Shown here piece after piece: positions 1 to 7,927 of a DNA stretch of 32,000 nucleotides (position 1 is the first letter of the stretch; every line of letters begins with the position of its first letter). Both the position numbers and the translations under genes were made by a program. The DNA is from Cylindrospermopsis raciborskii Cr2010 (GTDB taxonomy: Bacteria > Cyanobacteriota > Cyanobacteriia > Cyanobacteriales > Nostocaceae), in contig NZ_CP065936.1 of the NCBI RefSeq assembly GCF_003367075.2, positions 510,001 to 542,000 on the forward strand. The letters are read 5' to 3'. The notes under the pieces were generated by a model, which did no database searches, was not told where the DNA came from, and worked only from the letters and a program-made list of their open reading frames with translations.

Positions 1-564
1 AAAAGCATATTTCCGGATGACAGAACTTTCCCCATCCCGATTGAATTTATGCTGCATCTAAATAGAAGTTCCATAGCCCTGCACTGACCAACATCAATTG
101 ATCATCAAAATCGGTCACACGATTCCTATATACAGAATGTACACAGTTATATCTCTTAATTCCAGAGTGAGCGTGCTCACACACAACTCGCTGACGACTG
201 AGTTCTCGATTCTCCTCCTTTTGCTGCTGTGTTAACTCCTTACCTTTCGGTTTCTTGTGTGGTAAATGGACATTGACAAATTCTTTCTCCAACCCATGAA
301 AACCCAAATCTCCCTCTATTGCTACTTCATCAGGAATGTATTGCACTATCTCTGATTCATGGAGTAGCCGTTTGTCATGCACTTTACCTGCTCTGGTTTT
401 CGTCAGAATAATCACTCGTTTCTCCCTTGTGCTGACTGTAATCTGCTTGCATGTATGCCGCTTTTTCTTGCCAGAGTAATACTCTTTTTGGCGTTCTCGG
501 TTTTGAGGACGCTGGACTGGACGCTCCGTACCATCCACAATCACCTCCTTCACATCTGGAAACC
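1..564 (-). mobile_element. Terminal part of an IS5-family (DDE_Tnp_4/Harbinger-like) insertion sequence, cut off by IS1
   Basis: Contains only the catalytic half of a DDE transposase. Sequence to the right is replaced by the IS1 terminal repeat starting at 565. The window edge hides the outer end. Confidence 0.65.
47..564 (-). pseudogene. IS5-family DDE transposase, 5'-truncated (C-terminal ~172 codons)
   Basis: ORF 47..592 has the motifs VDGTERP, YYSGKKKRHT, GDLGF and VCEHA typical of DDE_Tnp_4 transposases, but the N-terminal HTH half is missing. Its first ~9 codons (TTG start, IHPANMQR) are read out of the IS1 inverted repeat. Confidence 0.7.
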
Positions 565-1320
565 GGCGTTGCATATTTGCGGGATGAATCAACTAAACGC
601 GGGTATTACTTCATACTTTAAATAGTGAAGTAATAATTTAATTGAATACCTAAGCATATCTACAGATTTTGAATAGCATAGCGTTTTTCTATGTAGTCGC
701 GCTAAGTAGTGACGTAAACGTGTATTTTCACCCTCTACCCTAGTCATATATGTTTTGCTCACAATATGATCCTCTGGCTGAATAAAACTCGGATAAACCC
801 TCCACCCATCAGTAACATAAAAAAAGCATTGCCAGAGTTTAACGATGTCCCACAAAGGTTGAAATGCTTGTGAGCTGTGGTCTCCCACAACCCAAGCCAG
901 GATATTTTTACGGAAGTGATTTACTGCTGTCCACAACCATATTTTGTTTTTTTTTGATCCCACAAAGGTCTCCAACTCATCAAGCTCACCTACCAAGGGT
1001 GTTTCCTCAACTGGTGGAGCATCTGGAAGTATGGAACCAATTTGTTTTAGCCAGTAAATAATAGTTGTATGATGAACGCCTTTATCGCGTTCAATTGCTC
1101 TAAATCCCATACCGTTAACATAAGAGCGCAGGCAACTTTGTTTAACTTCTTCTGAATAGCCTTTAGGTGGACTATAGACATCGATAAATTGACGACCACA
1201 ATCAACACAAATGTGATTTTGTTTACCTCGACGTTTGCCATTCTTTCTGATTTTGGAAGACCCGCAGTTTGGACAATGCACAGTAGATTACCTCAATTCA
1301 TACCTCTATTATGCAACGCC
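565..1320 (-). mobile_element. IS1-family insertion sequence (756 bp)
   Basis: Bounded by 25-bp imperfect terminal inverted repeats, 20/25 identical: 565-589 GGCGTTGCATATTTGCGGGATGAAT and the reverse complement of 1296-1320, GGCGTTGCATAATAGAGGTATGAAT. They start GGYG-TGC as in classical IS1. The size matches IS1 and the element encloses a single fused IS1 transposase ORF. Confidence 0.85.
589..1281 (-). CDS. IS1-family transposase (fused InsA-InsB type, 230 aa)
   Basis: N-terminal zinc-finger CPNCGS...CVDCGRQF, an HTH (HHTTIIYWLKQ), then a DDE region (WLWTAV...YVTDGW...). No frameshift is needed. Confidence 0.85.
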   Translation of the reverse strand: MHCPNCGSSKIRKNGKRRGKQNHICVDCGRQFIDVYSPPKGYSEEVKQSCLRSYVNGMGFRAIERDKGVHHTTIIYWLKQIGSILPDAPPVEETPLVGELDELETFVGSKKNKIWLWTAVNHFRKNILAWVVGDHSSQAFQPLWDIVKLWQCFFYVTDGWRVYPSFIQPEDHIVSKTYMTRVEGENTRLRHYLARLHRKTLCYSKSVDMLRYSIKLLLHYLKYEVIPAFS

Positions 1321-1721
1321 ACAAATCTTTCTACTGCGGATTTAATTCCCCATTGACAGAATGAAGCTAGAATTACTTCTGTATCAGAGTGTCCACGAAA
1401 AGTATGACCTAGCCCAATCAGTTCCTGGCGCAGCTGGGAAAAGTTATAAATTTCACCATTGAATACCAGAATATAGCGACCATCAGATGATGCCATAGGT
1501 TGTTTCCCTAGGGGAGAAAGGTCCACTATGGATAGGCGGCGGTGTGCTAGGGCTATCCCTGCTCTTTTATCTGTCCATGTTCCCCCGTCATCAGGTCCTC
1601 GATGGTAGAGAGGCTTGGACATTTGCTGGGCAATCAACTCCAACTCTTGACTGTTAATTGATTTAGTCCAATAACCAGTAATTCTAATTGATTTAGTCCA
1701 ATAACCAGTAATTCCACACAT
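1321..1721 (-). pseudogene. asnB: Asparagine synthase (glutamine-hydrolysing) N-terminal stump, truncated by IS1
   Basis: ORF 1293..1721 starts MCGITGYW (Ntn-amidotransferase catalytic Cys2) with HRGPDD, LAHRRLSIVD, NGEIYN and GHSDTEV. After ...AVERFV the reading frame runs into the IS1 end (ALHNRGMN*). It also carries a 30-bp in-frame tandem duplication. Confidence 0.8.
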
Positions 1722-1727
1722 GGGGTT

Positions 1728-2783
1728 TTAATATCTTTTTAAAAGTTCTAATACTTTTGGTGCAGTTACTTGAATACAATACTCACGTTCAACCTTTTGC
1801 CGACCAGCTTGTCCCATCTTAAACCTCAGATCTGGATTAGATAACAATTTCTCCAGAGCATCTTCCCACTCTGAAAGAGTGGTTGCTAAAAAACCATTAA
1901 CACCATGCTCGACAATCTGAGTATTCACACCAATAGGGGAGGCGACCACTGGCAATCCACAGGCCATATATTGAATTAACTTGTACCCACACTTGCCGCG
2001 ACTGAATGAAGAATTATCAAGTGGCATGATGCCAATATCAAGCTTACTTATGAGACCGACTTCCGTTTCCTCACTCCATGGAACTGATTCCATGGGAATT
2101 TGCAGTTCACGAGTATTAATTCCAATAGCAAGGCATCGACTTTTATCTTGAACTGATAATTGGTTGAGTAGAGGAGATAGCATACGGAGATGCTTTGCTG
2201 TAGATCTTTGACCAATCCAACCGATACAGGGTAAGTGGTTTTTTCTTACGGAATTTACACAATGATATTTGTTCAGATCTATTACTGTAGGTACGACTGC
2301 AACATTCTCCGAACCTGCAGTGCGGGCAAATTGTGCCAAGTAAGAGTTGCCAGCAATAACGAGTGCAGAACTGCAAATCAAGTCCGGATGTTTATTAGCA
2401 AGCAGATATCTAACTAAAAAGTTAGGGTGTTGATCATAATTATGGAAAACAGCGTCATCATAATCAAGGACGTATGGTATGTTCTTCAAGAAGATATTCT
2501 TTTCAAACCAAGCAGGTAACCAGGGAAAACACTCTTTTTCAATCCATAGAAGATCATACTTAGGAAGTGTCGGAACCATCTTTAGTCGAGAGAAGTATCC
2601 TCTCAAAACGTTATATATATTCTTACTTCCACCTTGGAGACTGCTAACATATTGATCGGAGAATAAAGAAGATACAGTAACCTGTATACCATTTTTTTCT
2701 AACCATGGAATATACTGGTAGGATCTTAACCGTGATGAGGCTCCTAGTTTTCCATATCTGGTAAGTATCAGGAGGTGTTGCAT
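1728..2783 (-). CDS. Glycosyltransferase, GT-B fold (family 4/1-like), 351 aa
   Basis: C-terminal half has the typical GT1/GT4 pattern (GWIGQ..., MPL...S..KCGYKLIQYMACGLPVVASPIGVNTQIVEHGVNGFLA). Confidence 0.75.
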   Translation of the reverse strand: MQHLLILTRYGKLGASSRLRSYQYIPWLEKNGIQVTVSSLFSDQYVSSLQGGSKNIYNVLRGYFSRLKMVPTLPKYDLLWIEKECFPWLPAWFEKNIFLKNIPYVLDYDDAVFHNYDQHPNFLVRYLLANKHPDLICSSALVIAGNSYLAQFARTAGSENVAVVPTVIDLNKYHCVNSVRKNHLPCIGWIGQRSTAKHLRMLSPLLNQLSVQDKSRCLAIGINTRELQIPMESVPWSEETEVGLISKLDIGIMPLDNSSFSRGKCGYKLIQYMACGLPVVASPIGVNTQIVEHGVNGFLATTLSEWEDALEKLLSNPDLRFKMGQAGRQKVEREYCIQVTAPKVLELLKRY

Positions 2784-2942
2784 AGTTACAGCAAAACTAG
2801 TTTACATAGGATGAGTAGCACTTTAAATATATGATTGTGTTTAGTATAGTTGTCTTTTGATTTGAAGTCGAATAAAAGTGTTGTAAATTAGCTTAACGCA
2901 GACAATAATTTGCAACTACATACATGAATCAGTCGCTAATTC

Positions 2943-2967
2943 GGTGTTGCATATTTGCGGGATGAAC
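2943..2967 (+). repeat. Orphan IS1 terminal inverted repeat
   Basis: GGTGTTGCATATTTGCGGGATGAAC is 23/25 identical to the IS1 left end at 565-589 in the same orientation. Similarity stops abruptly on both sides. Confidence 0.7.
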
Positions 2968-2979
2968 TGGCATCCGAAA

Positions 2980-3639
2980 TCATTGAAAAATCGTTGAAAA
3001 TTTGGGTAAATCATCCCATGATTCAGCAACGCCGCTAATTCTACTAATTAGATAGCGAACTTCATAGCAAGGAAATATGTAACACAGGTTTTCTTCATAA
3101 AACTCCTTCATATAGATACATGAGTTAAAAAAAGTACCCAGCAACAGTTTAAATCCATGTCTTATATAAAAAGGGGGCGCTGACTTAAAAATAAGATCGA
3201 CTTTTTCAGTTTTAAATTTTAGGTTCATATTATAAGTAGGAACCTGTCGAAAAAAGGGTGACCCCGTGGACAAATAACAAAAAGTATAAAGTCCGAAAAA
3301 TCTTTGATGGGTTGGATCTGAATAAAAATAAGGATTTGAAAAATGAGGTGCTACTAGCTCTATGCTGCCACCTGGTTTAACGATCCTTTCTAACTCTTTC
3401 ATCAACAGAAACAGATCTGGAATATGTTCGATAAAATGATAGGAATAAACTTGGCTAACAGTACCGGTCTTAAAGCAAACTAAAACCTCGTAAATATCAC
3501 CAACAATGTCAACACAAGGTGCATCTAAAATGTCAATTCCAATTGCTTCAGGATGTCTTTTTCGTGAGCCGCATCCTAGTTCAATTGTAACAGGATATTT
3601 GTTATCTAAACAGCCAATAACGTTGTTCTTATCGATCAT
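2980..3639 (-). CDS. Class I SAM-dependent methyltransferase
   Basis: Motif I IELGCGS..., then FIEHIPD and VKPGGSIELVAP. The ORF track starts at 3744, but the ATG at 3639 (MIDKNN...) lies 7 nt after AAGGAG and avoids overlapping the upstream gene, so it is preferred. Starts at 3645 or 3744 are alternatives. Confidence 0.7.
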   Translation of the reverse strand: MIDKNNVIGCLDNKYPVTIELGCGSRKRHPEAIGIDILDAPCVDIVGDIYEVLVCFKTGTVSQVYSYHFIEHIPDLFLLMKELERIVKPGGSIELVAPHFSNPYFYSDPTHQRFFGLYTFCYLSTGSPFFRQVPTYNMNLKFKTEKVDLIFKSAPPFYIRHGFKLLLGTFFNSCIYMKEFYEENLCYIFPCYEVRYLISRISGVAESWDDLPKFSTIFQ

Positions 3640-3733
3640 TAACATTCTCCTTATATAGCAGTATGCGGTTGAATGAGATGCAAACTGATGTACTAAACAG
3701 ACGAGATCACTGGAAAATTGGAATCTAGAACTC

Positions 3734-4504
3734 TCATGAACCATTTCTCTGGTTTGTTTTCGCTAATGCTTGTAAATGAGAAATTTTCCTATACCACTTA
3801 AGCAATCGAAGATTAAACAAAAACCACTGAAGATAAAAGTTATAACCATGTGCAACTAAAGCCTTAAACTGATCAGAAAAGCTAATGAGCTGACTTTTAT
3901 TGCTTATACCTCCATCTGAAAATTCTCCAGCAATGAAATCTGGATATGAAAATTTTGCACCGCTTACTAATGCTCTAATCATAAACTCACCATCTGCATA
4001 AATAGGGTACATATTAGAATAATTACCAAGTTTTTTGTGAAGACTACATCTTATGGCAGTCCCTACTGAATGGGCGGCAATCAAGCTACTACCTCCATAC
4101 AACCAAACTAAGTGCGATCCCTTGGGCTTTTTAAGCCTTTGCAAAATTTTTACGTTCGCAGCGATGATATCCGCATTATCCTCAAGAATAGCTTTTTTGA
4201 AGTTTGCTACAGCGTCAGCATAAAAGACATCGTCACACCCTGCGACTACATAATAACCTTCATTGCATAACTCTAAGCCAGTATTAATAGCGTGATATAT
4301 ACCAAAATCATTCCTGTTGAGAATTAATTTTTTAGCGATGCCTTGTATTTTTTCTGCCTTTTGAAGAGTGTTGTCATTCGATCCTCCATCAACTAATATC
4401 CAAACAAAGTCCTTATCTGTCTGTGACTCTAACGATTGAATTAACCTTTCTATACAATTTCCAGCATTAAAACTTGCTGAAATGATATATAATCTAGTTT
4501 TCAT
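3734..4504 (-). CDS. Glycosyltransferase family 2, 256 aa
   Basis: N-terminal GT-A signature: IISASFNAG..IERLIQSLESQTDKDFVWILVDGGSNDNT, plus a DD motif (AGCDDVF). Confidence 0.8.
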   Translation of the reverse strand: MKTRLYIISASFNAGNCIERLIQSLESQTDKDFVWILVDGGSNDNTLQKAEKIQGIAKKLILNRNDFGIYHAINTGLELCNEGYYVVAGCDDVFYADAVANFKKAILEDNADIIAANVKILQRLKKPKGSHLVWLYGGSSLIAAHSVGTAIRCSLHKKLGNYSNMYPIYADGEFMIRALVSGAKFSYPDFIAGEFSDGGISNKSQLISFSDQFKALVAHGYNFYLQWFLFNLRLLKWYRKISHLQALAKTNQRNGS

Positions 4505-4544
4505 GTACTTTAGCCTACCAGTGGATTCGGTGGAAAATAGAAAA

Positions 4545-5312
4545 TCATAAAGCAGTATGGGACTCCGTTTTTTCTCAGCATTGTGTTTAGAAGAGCGATC
4601 GCGAAGTACTCCCCATGGGATCTCGCCTTTTCATATTGTATACTTTTACTCAGATTAAAGAATGTTGCATCAAAGTTTACCTTGATGGTTATCTGTTTGC
4701 TGAATGCGATCGCCTATTTACAAGAGCAGTATAGGATTTCCTTGTTTCTCACCGTTATGTTCACAATGGTGATTGCGAAGCACTCCCCATGGGAGCTCGC
4801 CTTTTTATAGTGTATACTTTTACTCAGACTAAAGAATATTGCATCAAAGTTTACCTTGATGGTTATCTGTTTGCTGAATGCGATCGCTTATTTACAAAAG
4901 GAGTATGGGATTCTATTTTTTCTCAACGTTGTGTTTAGAAGGGCGATTGCGAAGCACTCCCCACGGGAGTTCGCCTTTTCATAGTGTATGTTTTCACTTA
5001 GCTTAAATAACATCGCCAAAGTTTAGTTGGATGATTATTTGTTTGGTAAATGCGATCGCTCATTTACAAAAGGAGTATGGGATTTCCTTTTTTCTCAACG
5101 TTATGTTTACAATGGCGATTGCGAAGCACTCCCCACGGGAGCTCGTCTTTTATAATGTATGCTTTATAATGTATGCTTTTACTTAACTTAAAGAACACTG
5201 AATCAAAGTTTAGTTAAATGATTCTATGTTTGCTAAATGCGATCGCCTGTTTAGAAAAGGAGTATGGGATTCCATTTTTTTTCACAGCTGTGTTTAGAAG
5301 AGCGATCGCTCT
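4545..5312 (+). repeat. Tandem array of ~174-bp units (4 full units plus one unit head)
   Basis: The anchor AGTATRGGA occurs at 4554, 4728, 4902, 5074 and 5261. Each unit has a conserved head containing a hairpin plus T-tract and HIP1 sites, and a more variable tail. Confidence 0.9.
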
Positions 5313-5351
5313 TGATTAAAAGACATTTGTCAGGGCAATCTTCCAGAGTGC

Positions 5352-5579
5352 TTATGCTACTTGAATATATTTCAAGGGGTTTTTAGGCTGGGGTAGAGGT
5401 TGGTTATTTTCTTGATAAAGCTGAAGATAACTGTCAATCACTTGCTGACCATGTTTGGCTGCTTCCTCATAAGTATTCCCGTGGGTGTGGATGTCTTGAA
5501 AAGGGAAGTCAGGAAGGTGAACTACATAGCAGTTATCCTCTTGAGACCAGAAAATAATCATACTATAATGTGAATTCAT
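5352..5579 (-). CDS. hicB: HicB-family antitoxin (75 aa)
   Basis: YSMIIFWSQEDNCYVVHLPDFP...THGNTYEEA is typical of short HicB/UPF0150 proteins. It overlaps hicA by 4 nt (ATGA). Confidence 0.8.
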   Translation of the reverse strand: MNSHYSMIIFWSQEDNCYVVHLPDFPFQDIHTHGNTYEEAAKHGQQVIDSYLQLYQENNQPLPQPKNPLKYIQVA

Positions 5580-5782
5580 TGTAATTCTTCTAGTCTTGCG
5601 AGTCTTTGTTTAACTTGTTTCTCTAAATAGATTTTAGCATCGTCACCATCCTTACCTGCAATTGTTATCGGCATATCTGGCATTTTTTCGTGAATCCAGA
5701 TTGTGTGACTACCTTTACCAGTCCGTTGGATAAACCCGGCTTTTAACAACATTGCCTTTAGTTCTCGAATTTTTTTAGGCAT
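5576..5782 (-). CDS. hicA: HicA-family mRNA interferase toxin (68 aa)
   Basis: MPKKIRELKAMLLKAGF...GKGSHTIW...GKDGDDAKIYLEKQV matches the HicA/YcfA pattern. It is translationally coupled to hicB. Confidence 0.8.
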   Translation of the reverse strand: MPKKIRELKAMLLKAGFIQRTGKGSHTIWIHEKMPDMPITIAGKDGDDAKIYLEKQVKQRLARLEELQ

Positions 5783-5806
5783 TCAAAGTTATTAAATAAA
5801 TACATA

Positions 5807-5861
5807 AAAGGAGTATGGGATTTCCTTTTTTCTCAACGTTATGTTCAGAATAGTGAGCGCC
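5807..5861 (+). repeat. Isolated head of the 174-bp repeat unit
   Basis: AAAAGGAGTATGGGATTTCCTTTTTTCTCAACGTTATGTTCAGAATAGTGAGCGCC is about 80 percent identical to 5255-5310. It lies on the far side of hicAB. Confidence 0.8.
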
Positions 5862-5877
5862 CGTTTATAAAAACATC

Positions 5878-7116
5878 CTAATTTTTCTGGAGAACTTCAC
5901 TGTAAACCTTACAATACTGATCAGCTATTAAATGATTAGCCCACCTCCCAACAGCGCGTTCTCTAGCAGCTAATCCAAGATCACTAAGTCGCGAATGGTC
6001 GCATAAAACCCACTCAATACCTAAGGCTAAATCATCAGCATTAAAAGCTTTAGCTAAATATCCCGTTTTAAGATGCTCTACTATATCAGGTAACCCACCA
6101 ATGTTAAATGCAATTACGGGTGTGCCACAGGCGTGGGCCTCAAGACCGGTGTTGGGAAGGTTATCCTGACGCGAAGGAATGACCATTGCATCAGCAGCAG
6201 AGTAGAGAATTCGCAGACTAAGATCATCATGCAAATGACCAGTGTAGTGTATGGGAAACCCTAGGTCTATGGGTTCTCTAGGTTCCAATTGTCCAAACAC
6301 GACTAATTCTAATCCAGCAAATTGCCCACGGAGGAGATTAAGAGCTGATCGCAACAGGTCAAATCCTTTTCGGGGATCGCGAGACCCACCTACCGCCCCG
6401 AATAACAGTAAGGGAACGTCTGTGGGTAGATCCAAAAGTTTTCGCGCCAGATTTCTGTCAAAGGGTTGCCATATCTCAGTATCAATAGCATAGGGTATTA
6501 ATTTGACTGGCCAGTTGTGCATTAGGTGGCTTTTGGTTACACAATCTGCCAACCATTGGCTAGGAGTGACAATTTGTAGCGGCTTTTTCCAGTGCTTGAG
6601 TTTGCGATTCCATGTCCACCGGTTAAGGTCAAAGCCACTCTCATAGTCCGGTCGATTATCTTTCCAGTAGCCCTCGCGCCAGCGAAATTCTTCTGTGTAA
6701 TGCTCCGCTCCACAAAATGCCCACATGTCATGGAGAGTCCATACTATTGGTTTATCTAGTTTACCTATATCGCTGATTGACAGCATTTCTCCGTTTAACC
6801 AATGTAAATGAAGTATGTCTCCATCCGAAGCATTGAGCCGTTTTACCCAGGTGGATGGGATGATCGCGGGAGAATGAAGAACTTTGTTCTCGGTTTGGAA
6901 GATTTGTTGAAATAAAACCTCTATCTGAGGGCGAATTTTAGCCAACCCCTTGCCCAATTTGGTTTTGTGTCCATTTACGGTCCAATCTCCCGACTGAGCT
7001 ACATTTACTGCCATGGTGGAATTCACTCCGTGAAGACGCAGGGCTTTGTGAATTCGATAGGCCGCACGTGATGCACCTCCCAGAATGTCGGAGTGATTAA
7101 TATGTATTATTTTCAC
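5878..7116 (-). CDS. Glycosyltransferase family 4 (GT-B), 412 aa
   Basis: N-terminus MKIIHINHSDILGGASRAA. C-terminal motif PSRQDNLPNTGLEAHACGTPVIAFNIGGLPDIVEH..TGYLA (EX7E-type). Confidence 0.8.
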   Translation of the reverse strand: MKIIHINHSDILGGASRAAYRIHKALRLHGVNSTMAVNVAQSGDWTVNGHKTKLGKGLAKIRPQIEVLFQQIFQTENKVLHSPAIIPSTWVKRLNASDGDILHLHWLNGEMLSISDIGKLDKPIVWTLHDMWAFCGAEHYTEEFRWREGYWKDNRPDYESGFDLNRWTWNRKLKHWKKPLQIVTPSQWLADCVTKSHLMHNWPVKLIPYAIDTEIWQPFDRNLARKLLDLPTDVPLLLFGAVGGSRDPRKGFDLLRSALNLLRGQFAGLELVVFGQLEPREPIDLGFPIHYTGHLHDDLSLRILYSAADAMVIPSRQDNLPNTGLEAHACGTPVIAFNIGGLPDIVEHLKTGYLAKAFNADDLALGIEWVLCDHSRLSDLGLAARERAVGRWANHLIADQYCKVYSEVLQKN

Positions 7117-7152
7117 AAATTATTCCCATGAGAAAATTCAAAAATTAAATAT

Positions 7153-7391
7153 CTAGCTAGGCTTTTTCGCCTCGATATACATTGACTCTAAACCCTTTCT
7201 AGGAAGTCCGTCTACATCCACGTCTAAGGGCTGAAATGGAAATTCGTGGAACATACTTGTATTGAAGCTGCATCGACTAGTAGCGATAAAACCAACTGAC
7301 TCCAGTGCTCGCTGTATTTGGCGGAAGTCCCACAACCAGTGATGGCGTTCCCCAACAGTTGCCAGACTAACATTTTGCGTGCGAAATGCCT
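7153..7391 (-). pseudogene. C-terminal stump of a SAM-dependent methyltransferase
   Basis: The frame is open from the IS630 junction: ...GERHHWLWDFRQIQRALESVGF...SMYIEAKKPS, the usual tail of polysaccharide-cluster methyltransferases. There is no SAM-binding N-terminal part, and the stump abuts the IS630 left end. Confidence 0.6.
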
Positions 7392-7482
7392 TACAGCAAT
7401 TTTCATGTAGTTAAACTACAAAATAAGATAAGCTATAATAAGGGTAATAAACTAAAATAGAGTAGAAGTACTGTCAAATTAT

Positions 7483-7851
7483 ATGCCAAAACCTTATTCA
7501 ATAGATTTGCGTAATCGCGTGATTGTAGCATGGGTTGCTCAAGAGGGATCTCAACGCCAGTTGGCAGAAAGATTCAAGGTCAGCTTATCATTTGTGAGAA
7601 ATTTAGTACGTCGTTATCGTGAAACTGGGCAAGTTGAGCCAAAGCAATGTGGAGGATATGAAAAGCCTGTAATTGCAGGCCAATATTTAAACATGATCAA
7701 GTCTTGGCTGGATGAGAAAAATGATTTACTACTTTCAGAATTGTGCGATCGCCTGAGAGAAACGACGGGCACTAGTGTTAGTATCACAACCATGCATCGA
7801 GCCTTAGAAAAGTTGGGTCTACGTCATAAAAAAAAGTCTAAATGCCAGTGA
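7483..7851 (+). CDS. IS630 transposase, N-terminal HTH part (orfA, 122 aa)
   Basis: MPKPYSIDLRNRV...GSQRQLAERFKVSLSFVRNLVRRYRETG is the typical IS630 DNA-binding half. It ends just after an A8 run. Confidence 0.8.
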   Translation: MPKPYSIDLRNRVIVAWVAQEGSQRQLAERFKVSLSFVRNLVRRYRETGQVEPKQCGGYEKPVIAGQYLNMIKSWLDEKNDLLLSELCDRLRETTGTSVSITTMHRALEKLGLRHKKKSKCQ

Positions 7852-7927
7852 ACAGGAGACTCCACGTGTTCAAGAATTAAGGCATGATTATCGTCGTTGG
7901 GTAGATACAGTTGATATTAGAAATTTA

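Noticed and set aside
561-592. Treating MIHPANMQRR as the true N-terminus of the IS5-like transposase, and 2943-2975 as a second fragment of that gene
   Set aside because: The shared 25 bp is the IS1 terminal inverted repeat; it also matches the other IS1 end at 1296-1320. The similarity therefore belongs to IS1, not to the IS5-like gene.
4545-5312. CRISPR array interpretation of the 174-bp repeats
   Set aside because: Whole units are homologous, so there are no unique spacers between short invariant repeats. The period is far too long, and no cas genes are nearby.
4554-5360. Small peptides starting at the ATG of AGGAGTATGGGA in each repeat unit (MGF.FFS.LCLE...), and the track ORF 4583..4810
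   Set aside because: The AGGAG is only 1 nt from the ATG. Unit 2 has ATA instead of ATG and an early stop. Differences between units are mostly non-synonymous and the ORF ends vary, so there is no sign of coding constraint.
4545-5861. Integron cassette array (repeat heads as attC sites, hicAB as a cassette)
   Set aside because: No intI-type integrase is in the window. No GTTRRRY / RYYYAAC core pair or attC-like imperfect palindrome could be found in the unit. Four consecutive units carry no ORF.
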